DNA of 64,000 nt from Rhabdothermincola salaria (GTDB lineage: Bacteria > Actinomycetota > Acidimicrobiia > Acidimicrobiales > Acidimicrobilacustridaceae), in assembly GCF_021246445.1 (NCBI RefSeq), contig NZ_JAJQXW010000005.1, positions 62,001 through 126,000 on the forward strand, read 5' to 3'. This document shows, in pieces, positions 21,935 through 33,589 of the stretch. Under the pieces are notes generated by a model. It had not been told where the DNA came from. It worked only from the letters and a program-made list of their open reading frames with translations, and did not search any database. Each line of letters starts with the position of its first letter. Position 1 is the stretch's first letter. The translations under genes were made by a program, and so were the position numbers.

Positions 21935-22771
21935 CTACTTCAGGAACTTGCTGGTGGTGTTGTCGGCCAGGACCTTGCCGCCGGTCTGGCACGTCGGGCA
22001 GTAGTTGATGGTGTAGCTGGTGTACTCGATGGCGCGGATCACGTCGCCACAGACCGGGCAGTCCTCGCCGTCGCGGTGGTACACGTGGCCGGGGCGCTCG
22101 GCGGACTTGCTCATGGCGTCGCGGTCGCGTTCGACGGCCAGGGCGTCGGCGATGCAGTCCCCGATGGCGGCGTGCAGCCGCTCGACGTCTTCGTCGCCCA
22201 GCTTGGTGGTGGTGGCGAACGGCGAGAGCCGGGCTCGGTGGCAGACCTCGCTGGCCAGGCGGCGGCCGATGCCGGCGATGCGCCGCTGGTCGCGCAGGAA
22301 CCCGTGCACCCGCATGGGCCCCTCGGTGAGCGAGGTGCGCAGCTCGTCGAGCGTGAGCTCGGCGGCGTCGGGCCCGAGGCCCTCGAGGGGAGGCTGGGCG
22401 GTGATCTCACCGGCCACGACCCACACGCCGGCGCGCTTCTCCTTGGCCATCTCCGAGAGCAGGAGGGCGCGGCCGTCGGCGAACGTCCAACGGGCCAGGC
22501 CGCCCCTGGGCTTGGCCGCCTGCTTCTCGTCGGGAGTCAGCCGGCCGCCCTGCATCAGGTGCACGACGAAGGTCGCGGGCTCGAACCGCACCAGGAGGTA
22601 CTTGCCGAGGCGGTCGATGCCGCGCAGCGGGTGGCCGATCGCGTCGTCGGGCGCGGGGAGCACGGTCTTGAGGGCGGTGAAGGTGAGGGCGCGGAACCCC
22701 GAGAGCTCGGCGCCGGCGAAGTGCTCGGTCAGCCGTTCGGCGTGGGCCTGGAGCTCAGGCAGTTCGGGCAC
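21935..22771 (-). CDS. Fpg/Nei family DNA glycosylase
   Basis: N-terminal PELPE, GKYL, HLM, LGPDA, DQRRIAGIG, C4 zinc finger CPVC...CPTCQ. Confidence 0.9.
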   Translation of the reverse strand: MPELPELQAHAERLTEHFAGAELSGFRALTFTALKTVLPAPDDAIGHPLRGIDRLGKYLLVRFEPATFVVHLMQGGRLTPDEKQAAKPRGGLARWTFADGRALLLSEMAKEKRAGVWVVAGEITAQPPLEGLGPDAAELTLDELRTSLTEGPMRVHGFLRDQRRIAGIGRRLASEVCHRARLSPFATTTKLGDEDVERLHAAIGDCIADALAVERDRDAMSKSAERPGHVYHRDGEDCPVCGDVIRAIEYTSYTINYCPTCQTGGKVLADNTTSKFLK

Positions 22772-22775
22772 GTCG

Positions 22776-23165
22776 TCACCGGGTGGTGCGGGCTCGGAGC
22801 TCGGCGAGGGCGTCGTCGAGGTCGCCGAGCGCACTCTGGTGGGCGATGAGGGCACCGGTGTCGCCACCGACGCGGAGCCGTCCGGCCATGAACGCCGCCT
22901 GGGCGCTCTCGGCGCCCGACTGCACGGCCCACGCCGTGTCGACATCGCAGCTGAAGGTGACGTCTGGTGAGGGGTGGGGTCCGACGGTCCAGCGGATGCC
23001 CTCGGGCCCGAGCTCCACGTGCCAGGTGACGTCGTCGGCCCCGTCGGTGTGCACGATCTGTTGGATCACCACGGCCGGCGCGACGGCGACGTCCTGGAGC
23101 GCTCGGCTCCCGGCCACGGCGGACGACGCAGCCTCCAGCCATTCGGCGGAGAGGTAGGTGGGCAT
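22776..23165 (-). CDS. SCP2 sterol-binding domain protein
   Basis: YLSAEW N-terminus, AQAAFMAGRLRVGGD. Confidence 0.8.
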   Translation of the reverse strand: MPTYLSAEWLEAASSAVAGSRALQDVAVAPAVVIQQIVHTDGADDVTWHVELGPEGIRWTVGPHPSPDVTFSCDVDTAWAVQSGAESAQAAFMAGRLRVGGDTGALIAHQSALGDLDDALAELRARTTR

Positions 23166-23335
23166 CGCTCGCAGGCTACCGGGACCGGCATCCGGGGGTG
23201 CCGGGATCAGGCAACGGAACCGGTGTCCGGCGAAGCAACATGGAGAAATATTACGACAGGCCACTATTTCGTGAGCGGAGCAACTGTTGTCAGGGTGAAG
23301 TTGCACTGTCGGCGCGACTGTGGCATCTATGGCGG

Positions 23336-23773
23336 ATGGCAAAACGAGCCCCGGATCGACCTGGTGAACTGAACAACAAGCTGATGCGGGTGGCCCGAGC
23401 GCATCGGACCCTCGCCGCGTCGCTGCTGACCCAGGTGGGCCTGCACCCCGGTCAGGAAGCGCTCCTCATGGAGCTGTGGGACGAAGACGGCCGCACCCAG
23501 GCCAACCTGGCCGCCGCCCTCGGGGTGGAGCCGCCCACCGTCACCAAGATGCTCCAGCGCATGGAGGCCTCCGGGCTGGTGGACCGTCGCCCCGACGCCA
23601 CCGATCGTCGGGCCATCCGGGTGCACCTCACCCCGAAGGGGCGCAAGCTCAAGACCAAGGTCGACAAGCTCTGGACCGAGCTGCAGAGCCGTACGGTGGC
23701 CGGGTTGTCCGACCGCCAGCAGGCGTCGCTCAGGTCGTTGCTCAACTCCCTCGAGGCCAACCTCACCACCTGA
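23336..23773 (+). CDS. MarR family transcriptional regulator
   Basis: GLHPGQ, PPTVTKMLQRME..GLV.R..D..DRR...V.LT.KG. Confidence 0.9.
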   Translation: MAKRAPDRPGELNNKLMRVARAHRTLAASLLTQVGLHPGQEALLMELWDEDGRTQANLAAALGVEPPTVTKMLQRMEASGLVDRRPDATDRRAIRVHLTPKGRKLKTKVDKLWTELQSRTVAGLSDRQQASLRSLLNSLEANLTT

Positions 23774-23878
23774 GGGCCCGCCCCGGCGCGGGCTCGAGGC
23801 CATCCGAGGGGGCGACTCCCTGTCGCACCGGTGGTCGGTAAGGTGCCGACGAAGGTCGTGTGACCAAAGGAGCGAACC

Positions 23879-24457
23879 GTGGGACTTCTCGACAACCTCA
23901 AGCAGGGCGCCAACAGCCTGGCCACATCGGTCAACGACACCGTGGCCAAGGGCCAGCAGTCGATGGATCAGAGCGGGGCGCGCAAGCACGCCGACGCCCT
24001 CCTGCGCGATCTCGGTGCGCTGGTGTACGCCCGCGACACCGAACGGGGCGGACCTTCCGCCGAGGCCGACATCGAGCGCCTCACCGCCGACCTGCGGGCC
24101 GTCGAGGCCCAGGGCGTGACCCTCGACCTGCAGCCCAAGGCCGGGCCCCCGCCGGGCGCGGCCCCTCCCCCTCCCGGTGCCGGCACCCCGCCGCCGCCTC
24201 CTGGTGGGGCGAGCACCCCGCCGCCGCCTCCTGGTGGGGCGAGCACCCCGCCGCCGCCTCCTGGTGGGGCGAGCACCCCGCCGCCGCCCCCGGGCGCAGC
24301 CAGCACCCCCCCTCCGGCGCCGGGTGCCTCCGAGGCCACGCCGCCCCCCACGGTGGAGGCCAGCCCGCCCCCGCCGCCGGCGGACGAGGCCAGCCCGCCC
24401 CCGCCGCCCCCTGGTTCGGTGGCCCCTCCGCCGCCCCCCGGCAGCGTCGGTTCCTGA
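23879..24457 (+). CDS. hypothetical protein with helical N-terminus and proline-rich repeat tail
   Basis: AAAGGAG RBS before GTG; MGLLDNLK...LLRDLGALVY then (STPPPPPGGA)n. Confidence 0.75.
   Translation: MGLLDNLKQGANSLATSVNDTVAKGQQSMDQSGARKHADALLRDLGALVYARDTERGGPSAEADIERLTADLRAVEAQGVTLDLQPKAGPPPGAAPPPPGAGTPPPPPGGASTPPPPPGGASTPPPPPGGASTPPPPPGAASTPPPAPGASEATPPPTVEASPPPPPADEASPPPPPPGSVAPPPPPGSVGS
24183..24302 (+). repeat. 30-bp coding tandem repeat
   Basis: gcaccccgccgccgcctcctggtggggcga x3 exact plus 1 degenerate copy. Confidence 0.9.
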
Positions 24458-24596
24458 CCGACGCTTCGCCCACGGCCGGCCCAACGGGCGGCGCCGCGCC
24501 GCGTCCGGCGCGCACCCGTGCCGTCGATACTCGGCGATCTCGACCATCGCCAGCTCCTGAGCGCCGAGGGATCGGTTCCGACCCGCCGTCGGACTG

Positions 24597-24624
24597 GACG
24601 CCCCCACCCTGCGGTGGGGGCGTC
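24597..24624. terminator. hairpin between convergent genes
   Basis: GACGCCCCCACC-ctgc-GGTGGGGGCGTC, 12-bp perfect stem. Confidence 0.6.
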
Positions 24625-24712
24625 GTCGCGTGCTGGCGGTGCCGATCGGGGCGCGGCGCTCAGCGGCGCGCTGATCAGCGGGGCCTGCGCTGGTCAGCGC
24701 ACCTGGCGCCGG

Positions 24713-26119
24713 TCAGGCGGGGGAGCTGGCGGGCCGTACGGCGAGGTCGTCGCCTCCACTGGTGGTGCGATCGTCTCGTCTGGTGCCCGGGTTCGGTCCG
24801 CTGGTCGACCCGACGGCGGCCTCGTCGGGGTCTGAGGATCGCGGCGTGTCGTCGACGGCGCCGGCCTCTCGTTCCATGCGAGCGGCGACCAGCTCGGGCA
24901 CGTCGGGCTGGGTGCGCAGCGAGCGCCAGGCGACCAGGCCGGCGAACAGGGCGGTGATGCCGCCCAGGGCGATGGCCCACCGCACGCCGAACACCTGGGC
25001 CACCCAGCCGACGATCGGACCCCCGATGGGGGTCGAACCCACGAAGGCCACCGTGTAGAGGGCCATGACCCGGCTGCGCATGGCGGGGTCCGCCGTGAGC
25101 TGGAGGGTCGAGTTGGCCATGGTCAGGAACATGACGCTGCCCACTCCCATGAGGGGCAGGACCACCAGGGCGGTGGCGAAGGTGGGGGCGAAGGCGAGGG
25201 CCAGGGTGACCGCTCCCAGTCCGGCGGCGGCTGTGGTGAGGCGTCGGTGCGACGGTTGGGTGCGGGTGGCGAAGACCAGGCCGCCCACCACTGCCCCCAC
25301 GCTCATCGCGCTCTGCAGGAGCCCGAAGCCGTCGGCGCCCGTCTGGAAGGTCTCGCGGGCCAACACGGGGAGGGTGATCTGGTTCTCGTAGGTGAGCAGG
25401 CCGATGGCCAGCATCATCAACAGGGGGGTGCGCAGCCCTGGGGTCGACCACACGATGCGCAGACCCTCGCGGAGCTGTCCCTTGGCCCGGGCGACCGGCG
25501 GGGCGGTCTCGAGCTCGTCGGTGCGCATCATCATGAGCGCCACGATCGTGGCGCCGAAGCTGAGCCCGTTGGCGAGGAAGCAGATGGCCAGGTCCCAGTA
25601 CGAGATGACCAGGCCGGCGATGGCGGGGCCGACCAGGCGCCCGATGTTCATGGTGACGGTGTTGAGGCTGACGGCGTTGGTGAGGCGGTCCGAGCCGACC
25701 ATCTCGAGCAGGAACGACTGCCGGGCCGGCATGTCGGCGGCAGTCACCAGGCCGAGGGCGGCGGCGAAGCCCATGACGAGGCCCAGGGAGGCGACGTCGG
25801 CGAGGACCGCCACCCCGAGCCCGATGCCGAGCGCGGCCGTGGCCGACTGGGTGGCGATGAGCAGCCGGCGCTTGTCGACCCGGTCGGCCAGCACGCCGGC
25901 CCAAGGCCCGATCAGGAGGATGGGCAGCCACTGCATGGCAGTGACGAGGCCGAGCACGGCGGCGTTGTCGTCGGAGAGCTCGAGGACCAGCCAGGCCTGG
26001 GCGATCATCTGCATCCAACGGCCGGTGGTGGCCACGATCAGCCCGGTGAAGTAGAGCCGGTAGTTGCGCACGCCGAGGGCCGAGAAGGTGGTGCGCAGCT
26101 CGCGCTGCACGCGCGTCAA
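24713..26119 (-). CDS. MFS transporter
   Basis: RNYRLYF, GVLADRVDKRRLL (motif A), PARQSF, GPAIAG; TTG start overlaps MarR stop. Confidence 0.9.
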   Translation of the reverse strand: MTRVQRELRTTFSALGVRNYRLYFTGLIVATTGRWMQMIAQAWLVLELSDDNAAVLGLVTAMQWLPILLIGPWAGVLADRVDKRRLLIATQSATAALGIGLGVAVLADVASLGLVMGFAAALGLVTAADMPARQSFLLEMVGSDRLTNAVSLNTVTMNIGRLVGPAIAGLVISYWDLAICFLANGLSFGATIVALMMMRTDELETAPPVARAKGQLREGLRIVWSTPGLRTPLLMMLAIGLLTYENQITLPVLARETFQTGADGFGLLQSAMSVGAVVGGLVFATRTQPSHRRLTTAAAGLGAVTLALAFAPTFATALVVLPLMGVGSVMFLTMANSTLQLTADPAMRSRVMALYTVAFVGSTPIGGPIVGWVAQVFGVRWAIALGGITALFAGLVAWRSLRTQPDVPELVAARMEREAGAVDDTPRSSDPDEAAVGSTSGPNPGTRRDDRTTSGGDDLAVRPASSPA

Positions 26120-26598
26120 CGCTCCTCCTCCTGCAGGAGGCGCTCGAGGGCGGGAAGGGCGGCGAGCACGGCCTCGAGGTCGGCCGGCTCGAGGCTGGAC
26201 AGACGGCGGGCGAGGTAGGCGTTGCGCTCTCGACGGATGCGGGCCAGCTCCCGGTGGGCCTTGGGCGTGGAGCGCACCAACGCCACCCGTCGGTCGTTGG
26301 CGTCGGCGATGCGCTCCACCCACCCGTCGCCCTCCAGCGTGCCCACGATGCGGCTGATGGTGGGAGGTTGGACGTTCTCGTGCGCGGCCAGCTCGCCGAT
26401 GGTGAGCGGGCCGCGACCGTCGATGGTGGCCAGGGCCGACAGCTGCGAGGGGGTGACCCCGGGCGGACTCTCCTGGCGCAGTCGTCGGGCCACCCGCATG
26501 AGGGCGAGACGCAGCCGGCTGGCGGTCTCGTCGTCGATGGCGGTGCGGGCCGGGGTGGCGTCGGCGGGGGCCTCGGCGTCGGGTGGGGGAGGGGTCAT
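26116..26598 (-). CDS. MarR family transcriptional regulator
   Basis: TPSQLSALATI, ELAAHENVQPPTISRIV, DANDRR. Confidence 0.9.
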   Translation of the reverse strand: MTPPPPDAEAPADATPARTAIDDETASRLRLALMRVARRLRQESPPGVTPSQLSALATIDGRGPLTIGELAAHENVQPPTISRIVGTLEGDGWVERIADANDRRVALVRSTPKAHRELARIRRERNAYLARRLSSLEPADLEAVLAALPALERLLQEEER

Positions 26599-26621
26599 CG
26601 GGCTCTCGGGTCGCAGAAGAC

Positions 26622-26651
26622 GTTAGCGATGCTATCCGTTAGCACTGCTTC
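26622..26651. promoter_or_regulatory. putative tandem MarR operator
   Basis: GTTAGCgatGCTAtc followed by GTTAGCactGCTtc, just upstream of the marR-MFS operon. Confidence 0.5.
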
Positions 26652-26749
26652 GGAAAACCTCCGCCGCGAACCTGTCGGACTTGTGCGTCGACAGGTGGCG
26701 CCTTTCTCCGACAGGCTGGGTCCCGGGGGTGGCGGTAAGGTCCGAGATC

Positions 26750-27691
26750 GTGCTCACCGTGCTCAGCCAGGTCGGCGACGCCGATCGACTCGGCCTCGAC
26801 CCCGCACTCGCCGATCGGGTCCGAGTGGTGCCCATCCCCATCGAGGGGGAGCTCGAGGAGGGCGTCACCGGCGAGGTGCTGCTCAGCCGTCCCGCCGCCG
26901 TGCCCAACTTCGCCCATGTCGTCGAGAGGGGCGTGCGGTGGGTCCACCTCATCGGCACCGGCATCGACGAGTTCCCGCTGCACCTGATGGGCTCGGACCT
27001 GGTGCTCACCAATTCACGGGGCATGAGCGCCGTCCCCATCTCCGAGTGGGTCGTGTCCACCATGCTGGCGTTCGAGAAGCGACTGCCCGACGTCTGGATC
27101 CACGAGCCGCCGGCGCAGTGGAACATGCCCGCCGCTCCGCTCGGGACCCTCCACGGGCGCCGGGTGGGGCTCGTCGGCCTGGGGGGCATCGGTACGGCCA
27201 TCGCCGAACGCCTGGTGCCGTTCGGGTGCGAGGTGCGGGCGCTGCGCCGCAGCGACCGTCCCAGCCCGGTGGCGGGGGTCGAGCTCGTGGCCGACATCGA
27301 TGCGCTCGTCGACGAGTGCCACCACGTGGTCCTGGTGGCACCGCTCACCGAGGCCACCCGTGGCCTGATCGACGCTCGGGTGCTGGCGGAGATGCTCCCC
27401 GGTGTGCACCTCGTGAACGTGGCTCGGGGGCCCCTCGTCGACCAGGATGCGCTGCGTGACGCCCTCGACCGGGGGCACGTCGCCTGCGCCAGCATCGACG
27501 CCCCCGATCCCGAACCGCTTCCCGAGGGGCACTGGATGTACTCCCACCCGCGGGTGCGGCTCAGCCCCCACGTGTCGTGGAACTGGCCGGGGGCCGGCGC
27601 CGACCTCTACCGGGCCTTCCGCGAGAACCTGGCGCGCCACCTCGCCGGCGAACCGCTCGAGAACGTCATCGATCCGTCTGTCGGCTACTGA
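26750..27691 (+). CDS. D-2-hydroxyacid dehydrogenase family protein (start uncertain)
   Basis: GLGGIG, VNVARG, DPEPLP, SPHVS. Confidence 0.88.
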   Translation: MLTVLSQVGDADRLGLDPALADRVRVVPIPIEGELEEGVTGEVLLSRPAAVPNFAHVVERGVRWVHLIGTGIDEFPLHLMGSDLVLTNSRGMSAVPISEWVVSTMLAFEKRLPDVWIHEPPAQWNMPAAPLGTLHGRRVGLVGLGGIGTAIAERLVPFGCEVRALRRSDRPSPVAGVELVADIDALVDECHHVVLVAPLTEATRGLIDARVLAEMLPGVHLVNVARGPLVDQDALRDALDRGHVACASIDAPDPEPLPEGHWMYSHPRVRLSPHVSWNWPGAGADLYRAFRENLARHLAGEPLENVIDPSVGY

Positions 27692-27693
27692 CG

Positions 27694-28290
27694 GTGGTGC
27701 CGCCCGAGGTCGCCGGGCCCGCACCCGGCGACGAGTTGCCGCACGAGCCGTCGGGCGCCGCCACCTTCGTCGAGGGCTGGTCGTTCGTGGCCGGGCCGTC
27801 GCCGGTGGCACCGGCGATCGAGGTGGAGCTGGGCCTTCGCCCCACGTTGGGCGACGCCTGGTTCACGGCCCGCCTGACCGGCCCCGACGACCGCATCGTG
27901 GTGATCGTGGACCATGCGTTGGAGGCGCCACGCGGTCCGCACCTCGAGGTGCGGGCACCGGGCCTCTGGGCCGACCACGTCGTCGAGGAGCGGTTGCGGC
28001 GCTGGAGCCTCGGCGCCGAGGCGTTCGGGGTGGCCCTGGCCTTGGCCGAGGTGTCCGGGGCCGACCTGTTGGACCCCTCGCTGCGGGGTGAGCGGGTGCC
28101 GGTGGGCTGGGAGCTCGAGTGGGAGAACGACGAGGACCCCCGATGGGTGGGCGGCACCGCCGGCGAGCGGCGCTACGCGGCGGCGTGCGCCGTCACGGGG
28201 GAGGTGCTCGTCGGCCACGACCGCTACGAGGTCGACGCGATCGGGCACCGGTCCCACCGATGGGGACCGGTGCCCGGGAGCACCGACTGA
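27694..28290 (+). CDS. hypothetical beta-rich protein
   Basis: DELPH...EGWSF, RAPGLWADH, C.V.GEVLVG, G.RSHRWG; directly follows the dehydrogenase. Confidence 0.65.
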   Translation: MVPPEVAGPAPGDELPHEPSGAATFVEGWSFVAGPSPVAPAIEVELGLRPTLGDAWFTARLTGPDDRIVVIVDHALEAPRGPHLEVRAPGLWADHVVEERLRRWSLGAEAFGVALALAEVSGADLLDPSLRGERVPVGWELEWENDEDPRWVGGTAGERRYAAACAVTGEVLVGHDRYEVDAIGHRSHRWGPVPGSTD

Positions 28291-28311
28291 ACGTCGGACA
28301 GGACCCACTCG

Positions 28312-29736
28312 TCAGTGGCCTCCGCCGGCCACCTCCACGCCGCCGGCGTTGAACAGGCCGATCGCACCCTTGCCCACGTTGGAGAACTTGTGGGTGACGA
28401 ACGGGTACAGGCCGTCCTCGGCCAGCGTGAACTCCACGAACCCACCCTGGGCCGGTTGCAGATCGAGCGCCTGGGACCCGCCCTGCGTCGGGTTGCCGGG
28501 CTGGAGCAGGTAGGCGCCCTCCTTGAAGACGGTGTCGAAGATCAAGCCCACGACGTGGAAGCTCGAGTTCTCGCTGGGGCCGGCGTCGAGCACCCACACT
28601 CGGATGCGCTGGTCCGCCTCCACGGCGATCGGGTGATCCAGGTACTGGTTCACGTAGCCGTTGAAGACCACGGCGTCCCACGCGTCGTCCTGCATCTTGG
28701 CCAGGCTGCCCGGTTCACCATCGGGGCCCAGGTAGAACTCCGACTGCACCATGACGAGCTCGTGGTCCACCGCCGGGAGGTTCGGTGGGTCGATGACGAT
28801 CGCCCCGAACATGCCGTTGCCGATGTGGTGCAGCGCCGGTGCCGTGCCGCAGTGGTACATGAAGATCCCGGCGTACTCGGCCCTGTACTGGTAGACGAGC
28901 GACTCTCCCGGGGCGATGGTGCGCATTTCGTCGTTCCACGCCACCTTGCTGGAGTGGAAGTCGATGGAGTGGCCGATCTCGCCGTCGTTCACCAGCGTCA
29001 CGGTGAACAGGTCGCCGACCTTGCCACGGAGCATCGGGCCGGGGACCTGGTCGTCGAAGGTCCACAGCTCCTGGGTGACGCCGGGGGCCACCTCCATCAC
29101 CGTCTCGGTGGCCCGCATGGTGATGGTGTGCTCGGTGCCACCCGGGGCCGGCGCCAGGTTCGGGTCGTAGGGGGTGAACTCCACCGGCGTGGTCGCCGAG
29201 AAGTCGATGCTGGCCGCGTCGGCACTGTTGGCCTCACCCGCCGATGCGTCCACCCCGGAGCCGCCGGTGACCACGATGTCCATGGTCATGCCCGCGTCCC
29301 GGTGTCCTGGCACGGTGCACCAGGCCTCGGTGTCGGCCTCGACCACGCCGAGGCTGACGGTCTCGCGCTCGCCGGGCTCGAGCATGGCGGTGCCGACCCC
29401 GCCGGCGAGCACGAGGTCGTGGGGCATGGCCCCGGAGTTGGTGACGTTCACCATCACCTCGGTGCCGGCCGGGACCTCGATGCTGGAGGGCTTCACCCAG
29501 AGATCGCCGAGCTCCACGTCGATGGTCTCGGAGCCTCCGGCCGCCGAGCCGGTGCCGTTGCTCTCGTCGATGGCGCGCAGGCCGAGACCCACCCCGACCA
29601 CGCTCACGATGAGCGCCATGGCGGCGAAGCCCGCCACGAGCACGCTGATGGTGCCACCCCTGCGCTCGTCACTGTCGACCCGTCGCTCGAGGTTCTCGAG
29701 TCGGCCCTCGGAATAGTCCTGTAGTGGCTCACTCAT
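28312..29736 (-). CDS. nirK: copper-containing nitrite reductase with N-terminal TM helix and extra cupredoxin domain
   Basis: HSIDFH, YHC...H....M, SSFHVVG, FVTH; extra PHDL...WCTVPGHRDAGM type-1 Cu site. Confidence 0.8.
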   Translation of the reverse strand: MSEPLQDYSEGRLENLERRVDSDERRGGTISVLVAGFAAMALIVSVVGVGLGLRAIDESNGTGSAAGGSETIDVELGDLWVKPSSIEVPAGTEVMVNVTNSGAMPHDLVLAGGVGTAMLEPGERETVSLGVVEADTEAWCTVPGHRDAGMTMDIVVTGGSGVDASAGEANSADAASIDFSATTPVEFTPYDPNLAPAPGGTEHTITMRATETVMEVAPGVTQELWTFDDQVPGPMLRGKVGDLFTVTLVNDGEIGHSIDFHSSKVAWNDEMRTIAPGESLVYQYRAEYAGIFMYHCGTAPALHHIGNGMFGAIVIDPPNLPAVDHELVMVQSEFYLGPDGEPGSLAKMQDDAWDAVVFNGYVNQYLDHPIAVEADQRIRVWVLDAGPSENSSFHVVGLIFDTVFKEGAYLLQPGNPTQGGSQALDLQPAQGGFVEFTLAEDGLYPFVTHKFSNVGKGAIGLFNAGGVEVAGGGH

Positions 29737-29794
29737 GGATATGAGTGTGAGCCGGCCGCCCGGTGCGGCGAAGGGTAGGCAGGACCCCTCCGAG

Positions 29795-29808
29795 GGGCCG
29801 AAGGTCCC
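29795..29808 (-). promoter_or_regulatory. putative DosR/DevR-type box upstream of nirK
   Basis: Minus strand GGGACCTTCGGCCC fits GGGAC-N4-GNCCC. Confidence 0.5.
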
Positions 29809-29819
29809 GAGAACGCGGA

Positions 29820-29845
29820 CGAGCCGGGCCCTCGGGCCCGGCTCG
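29820..29845 (-). terminator. hairpin downstream of sdhB
   Basis: CGAGCCGGGCC-ctcg-GGCCCGGCTCG, 11-bp stem. Confidence 0.6.
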
Positions 29846-29886
29846 GTCTCGTCGTCGATGGGGGCCGGCCGGCAGCCGGCGAAGGC

Positions 29887-30651
29887 TCAGACCTGCTGGC
29901 CGAGCAGCTTGCGGTTCTTGAGCTTCGACTTCAGGAAGTCACGGTTCATCAGAGCGATGAAGTCGATCGGGATCTCCTTGGGGCACGCTTCCTGGCACTC
30001 GCCGTAGTTGGTGCACGAGCCGAAGAAGGCCTCCATGGTCTCGACCATGTCCTCGGTGCGCTTCCAGCGTTCGGCCTGGCCCTGGGGCAGCAGGTTCAGG
30101 TGGGCCAGCTTGGCCGAGGTGAACAGCTGGCCGGCGCCGTTGGGGCAGGCGGCGACGCAGGCCCCGCAGCCGATGCAGGCGGCGGCGTCCATGGCGGTGT
30201 CGACCGCCGGCTTCGGGATGAGCATCTCGTTGGCGTCCTGCGCCGCCCCCGTGTCGGCCGAGATGAAGCCACCCGACTCGATGATGGCGTCGAAGGCGCT
30301 GCGGTCGACCATGAGGTCGCGGATGACCGGGAAGGCCGCGGCGCGGAACGGTTCGATGGTGACGGTCTCGCCATCGCGGAACTTGCGCATGTGCAGCTGG
30401 CAGGTGGCGGTGCCCTTCTGGGGGCCGTGGGCCTGGCCGTTGATCATGAGCCCGCAGGTGCCGCAGATGCCTTCACGGCAGTCACTGTCGAAGGTGATGG
30501 GCTCGTGCCCGGCTTCGATGAGGTTCTCGTTGACGACGTCGAGCATCTCGAGGAAGGACATCTCGTCCTTCACGTCGCTGGCCTGGTAGGTCTCGAAGTG
30601 GCCGGCGTCGTTCGGGCCGTCCTGGCGCCAGACCTTGAGGGTGAGGTTCAC
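29887..30651 (-). CDS. sdhB: succinate dehydrogenase/fumarate reductase Fe-S subunit
   Basis: [34 protein letters not shown]. Confidence 0.95.
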   Translation of the reverse strand: MNLTLKVWRQDGPNDAGHFETYQASDVKDEMSFLEMLDVVNENLIEAGHEPITFDSDCREGICGTCGLMINGQAHGPQKGTATCQLHMRKFRDGETVTIEPFRAAAFPVIRDLMVDRSAFDAIIESGGFISADTGAAQDANEMLIPKPAVDTAMDAAACIGCGACVAACPNGAGQLFTSAKLAHLNLLPQGQAERWKRTEDMVETMEAFFGSCTNYGECQEACPKEIPIDFIALMNRDFLKSKLKNRKLLGQQV

Positions 30652-30689
30652 GTGTTCTGCTCCCGAGGATCTTCAGGTGTCGGCCGCGG

Positions 30690-32615
<1,926 letters not shown>

Positions 32616-32625
32616 TGGGCCTCCC

Positions 32626-33402
32626 TCACCCGACCACGCCGGTCAGCACGGCGATCGGGAACGAGATGTTGGCGCCGGCGACGATGACGGCGAAGCCGAT
32701 CGCGAAGCCCCGGCGCAGCGGGTTGTGGCGGGGGTTGAACTTGGCGCTCATGGTGCCCAGGGTCTGGAAGAGGCTCCAGGAGCCGTGGTACAGGTGCACG
32801 CCGAGGGCGAGGTTGCCGACGATGTAGATGAGGGCGACGGGCCAGCGCTCGAGGCTGAAGACGACGTTGTCGTAGACCTCGCCGTAGACGAACTCGCCGT
32901 TGACGGCGTCGACGCCCCAGGTGAGGTCGGCCAGGTGCCAGAAGAGGAAGAGCAGCACGATGACGCCGGTCCAGCGCATCGAGCGGTTGGCCCAGTTCAC
33001 CGCGATGTAGTCGCGCTTGGACTGGTAGGCCACCGGGCGAGCCTTGCGGTTCAACATGGTGAGGCTGTAGGCGGCGTGGATGTGCAGGGCGAAGGCGGCG
33101 ATGAGGCCCATGCGCAGGAGCCACAGGGCCCCGGTCTTGGGCAGCAGCGGGTAGGCCAGGCGGCGCAGGAACTCGCCGTAGGCGTTGAAGTCCTCGGCGC
33201 CGAAGTACATCTTGAGGTTGCCGACCATGTGGGCGAACACGAAGCCCATGAGCAGGATGCCGGTGATCGCCATCACCCACTTCTTGCCGATCGCCGACCG
33301 GTAGAGGTCGATCAGGGCGAAGCCGCCGCGACGCTGCTTGGGAGCGATCGGCGTGGAGGTGATGTCGGGCGAGAAACCGGACGGTTCCTTGGTTGCTGTC
33401 AC
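32626..33402 (-). CDS. sdhC: succinate dehydrogenase cytochrome b subunit
   Basis: [31 protein letters not shown] heme-ligand histidines. Confidence 0.92.
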   Translation of the reverse strand: MTATKEPSGFSPDITSTPIAPKQRRGGFALIDLYRSAIGKKWVMAITGILLMGFVFAHMVGNLKMYFGAEDFNAYGEFLRRLAYPLLPKTGALWLLRMGLIAAFALHIHAAYSLTMLNRKARPVAYQSKRDYIAVNWANRSMRWTGVIVLLFLFWHLADLTWGVDAVNGEFVYGEVYDNVVFSLERWPVALIYIVGNLALGVHLYHGSWSLFQTLGTMSAKFNPRHNPLRRGFAIGFAVIVAGANISFPIAVLTGVVG

Positions 33403-33589
33403 GAGCGGGCCTTTCGAACGTGAGCCGGTGACGGAGTGGACGAGGGCCGTGTCGCTCGGCGCGAGGAGAGCCTGGTCGCCTGCGAGCACGGTGAACGCTA
33501 CTCAGCGCCTCCGGGCGGTGGCGAACCGGCGACGCAGGTGGTGGTCGCGGAGGGTGTGGCGTCCGACGCCCGAGGTGGGCCCGGAGGGC

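Noticed and set aside
33490..33497. Single GTTCACC (minus strand) upstream of sdhC as a PHO box
   Set aside because: No phased second unit; it overlaps a likely -10 and is plausible by chance.
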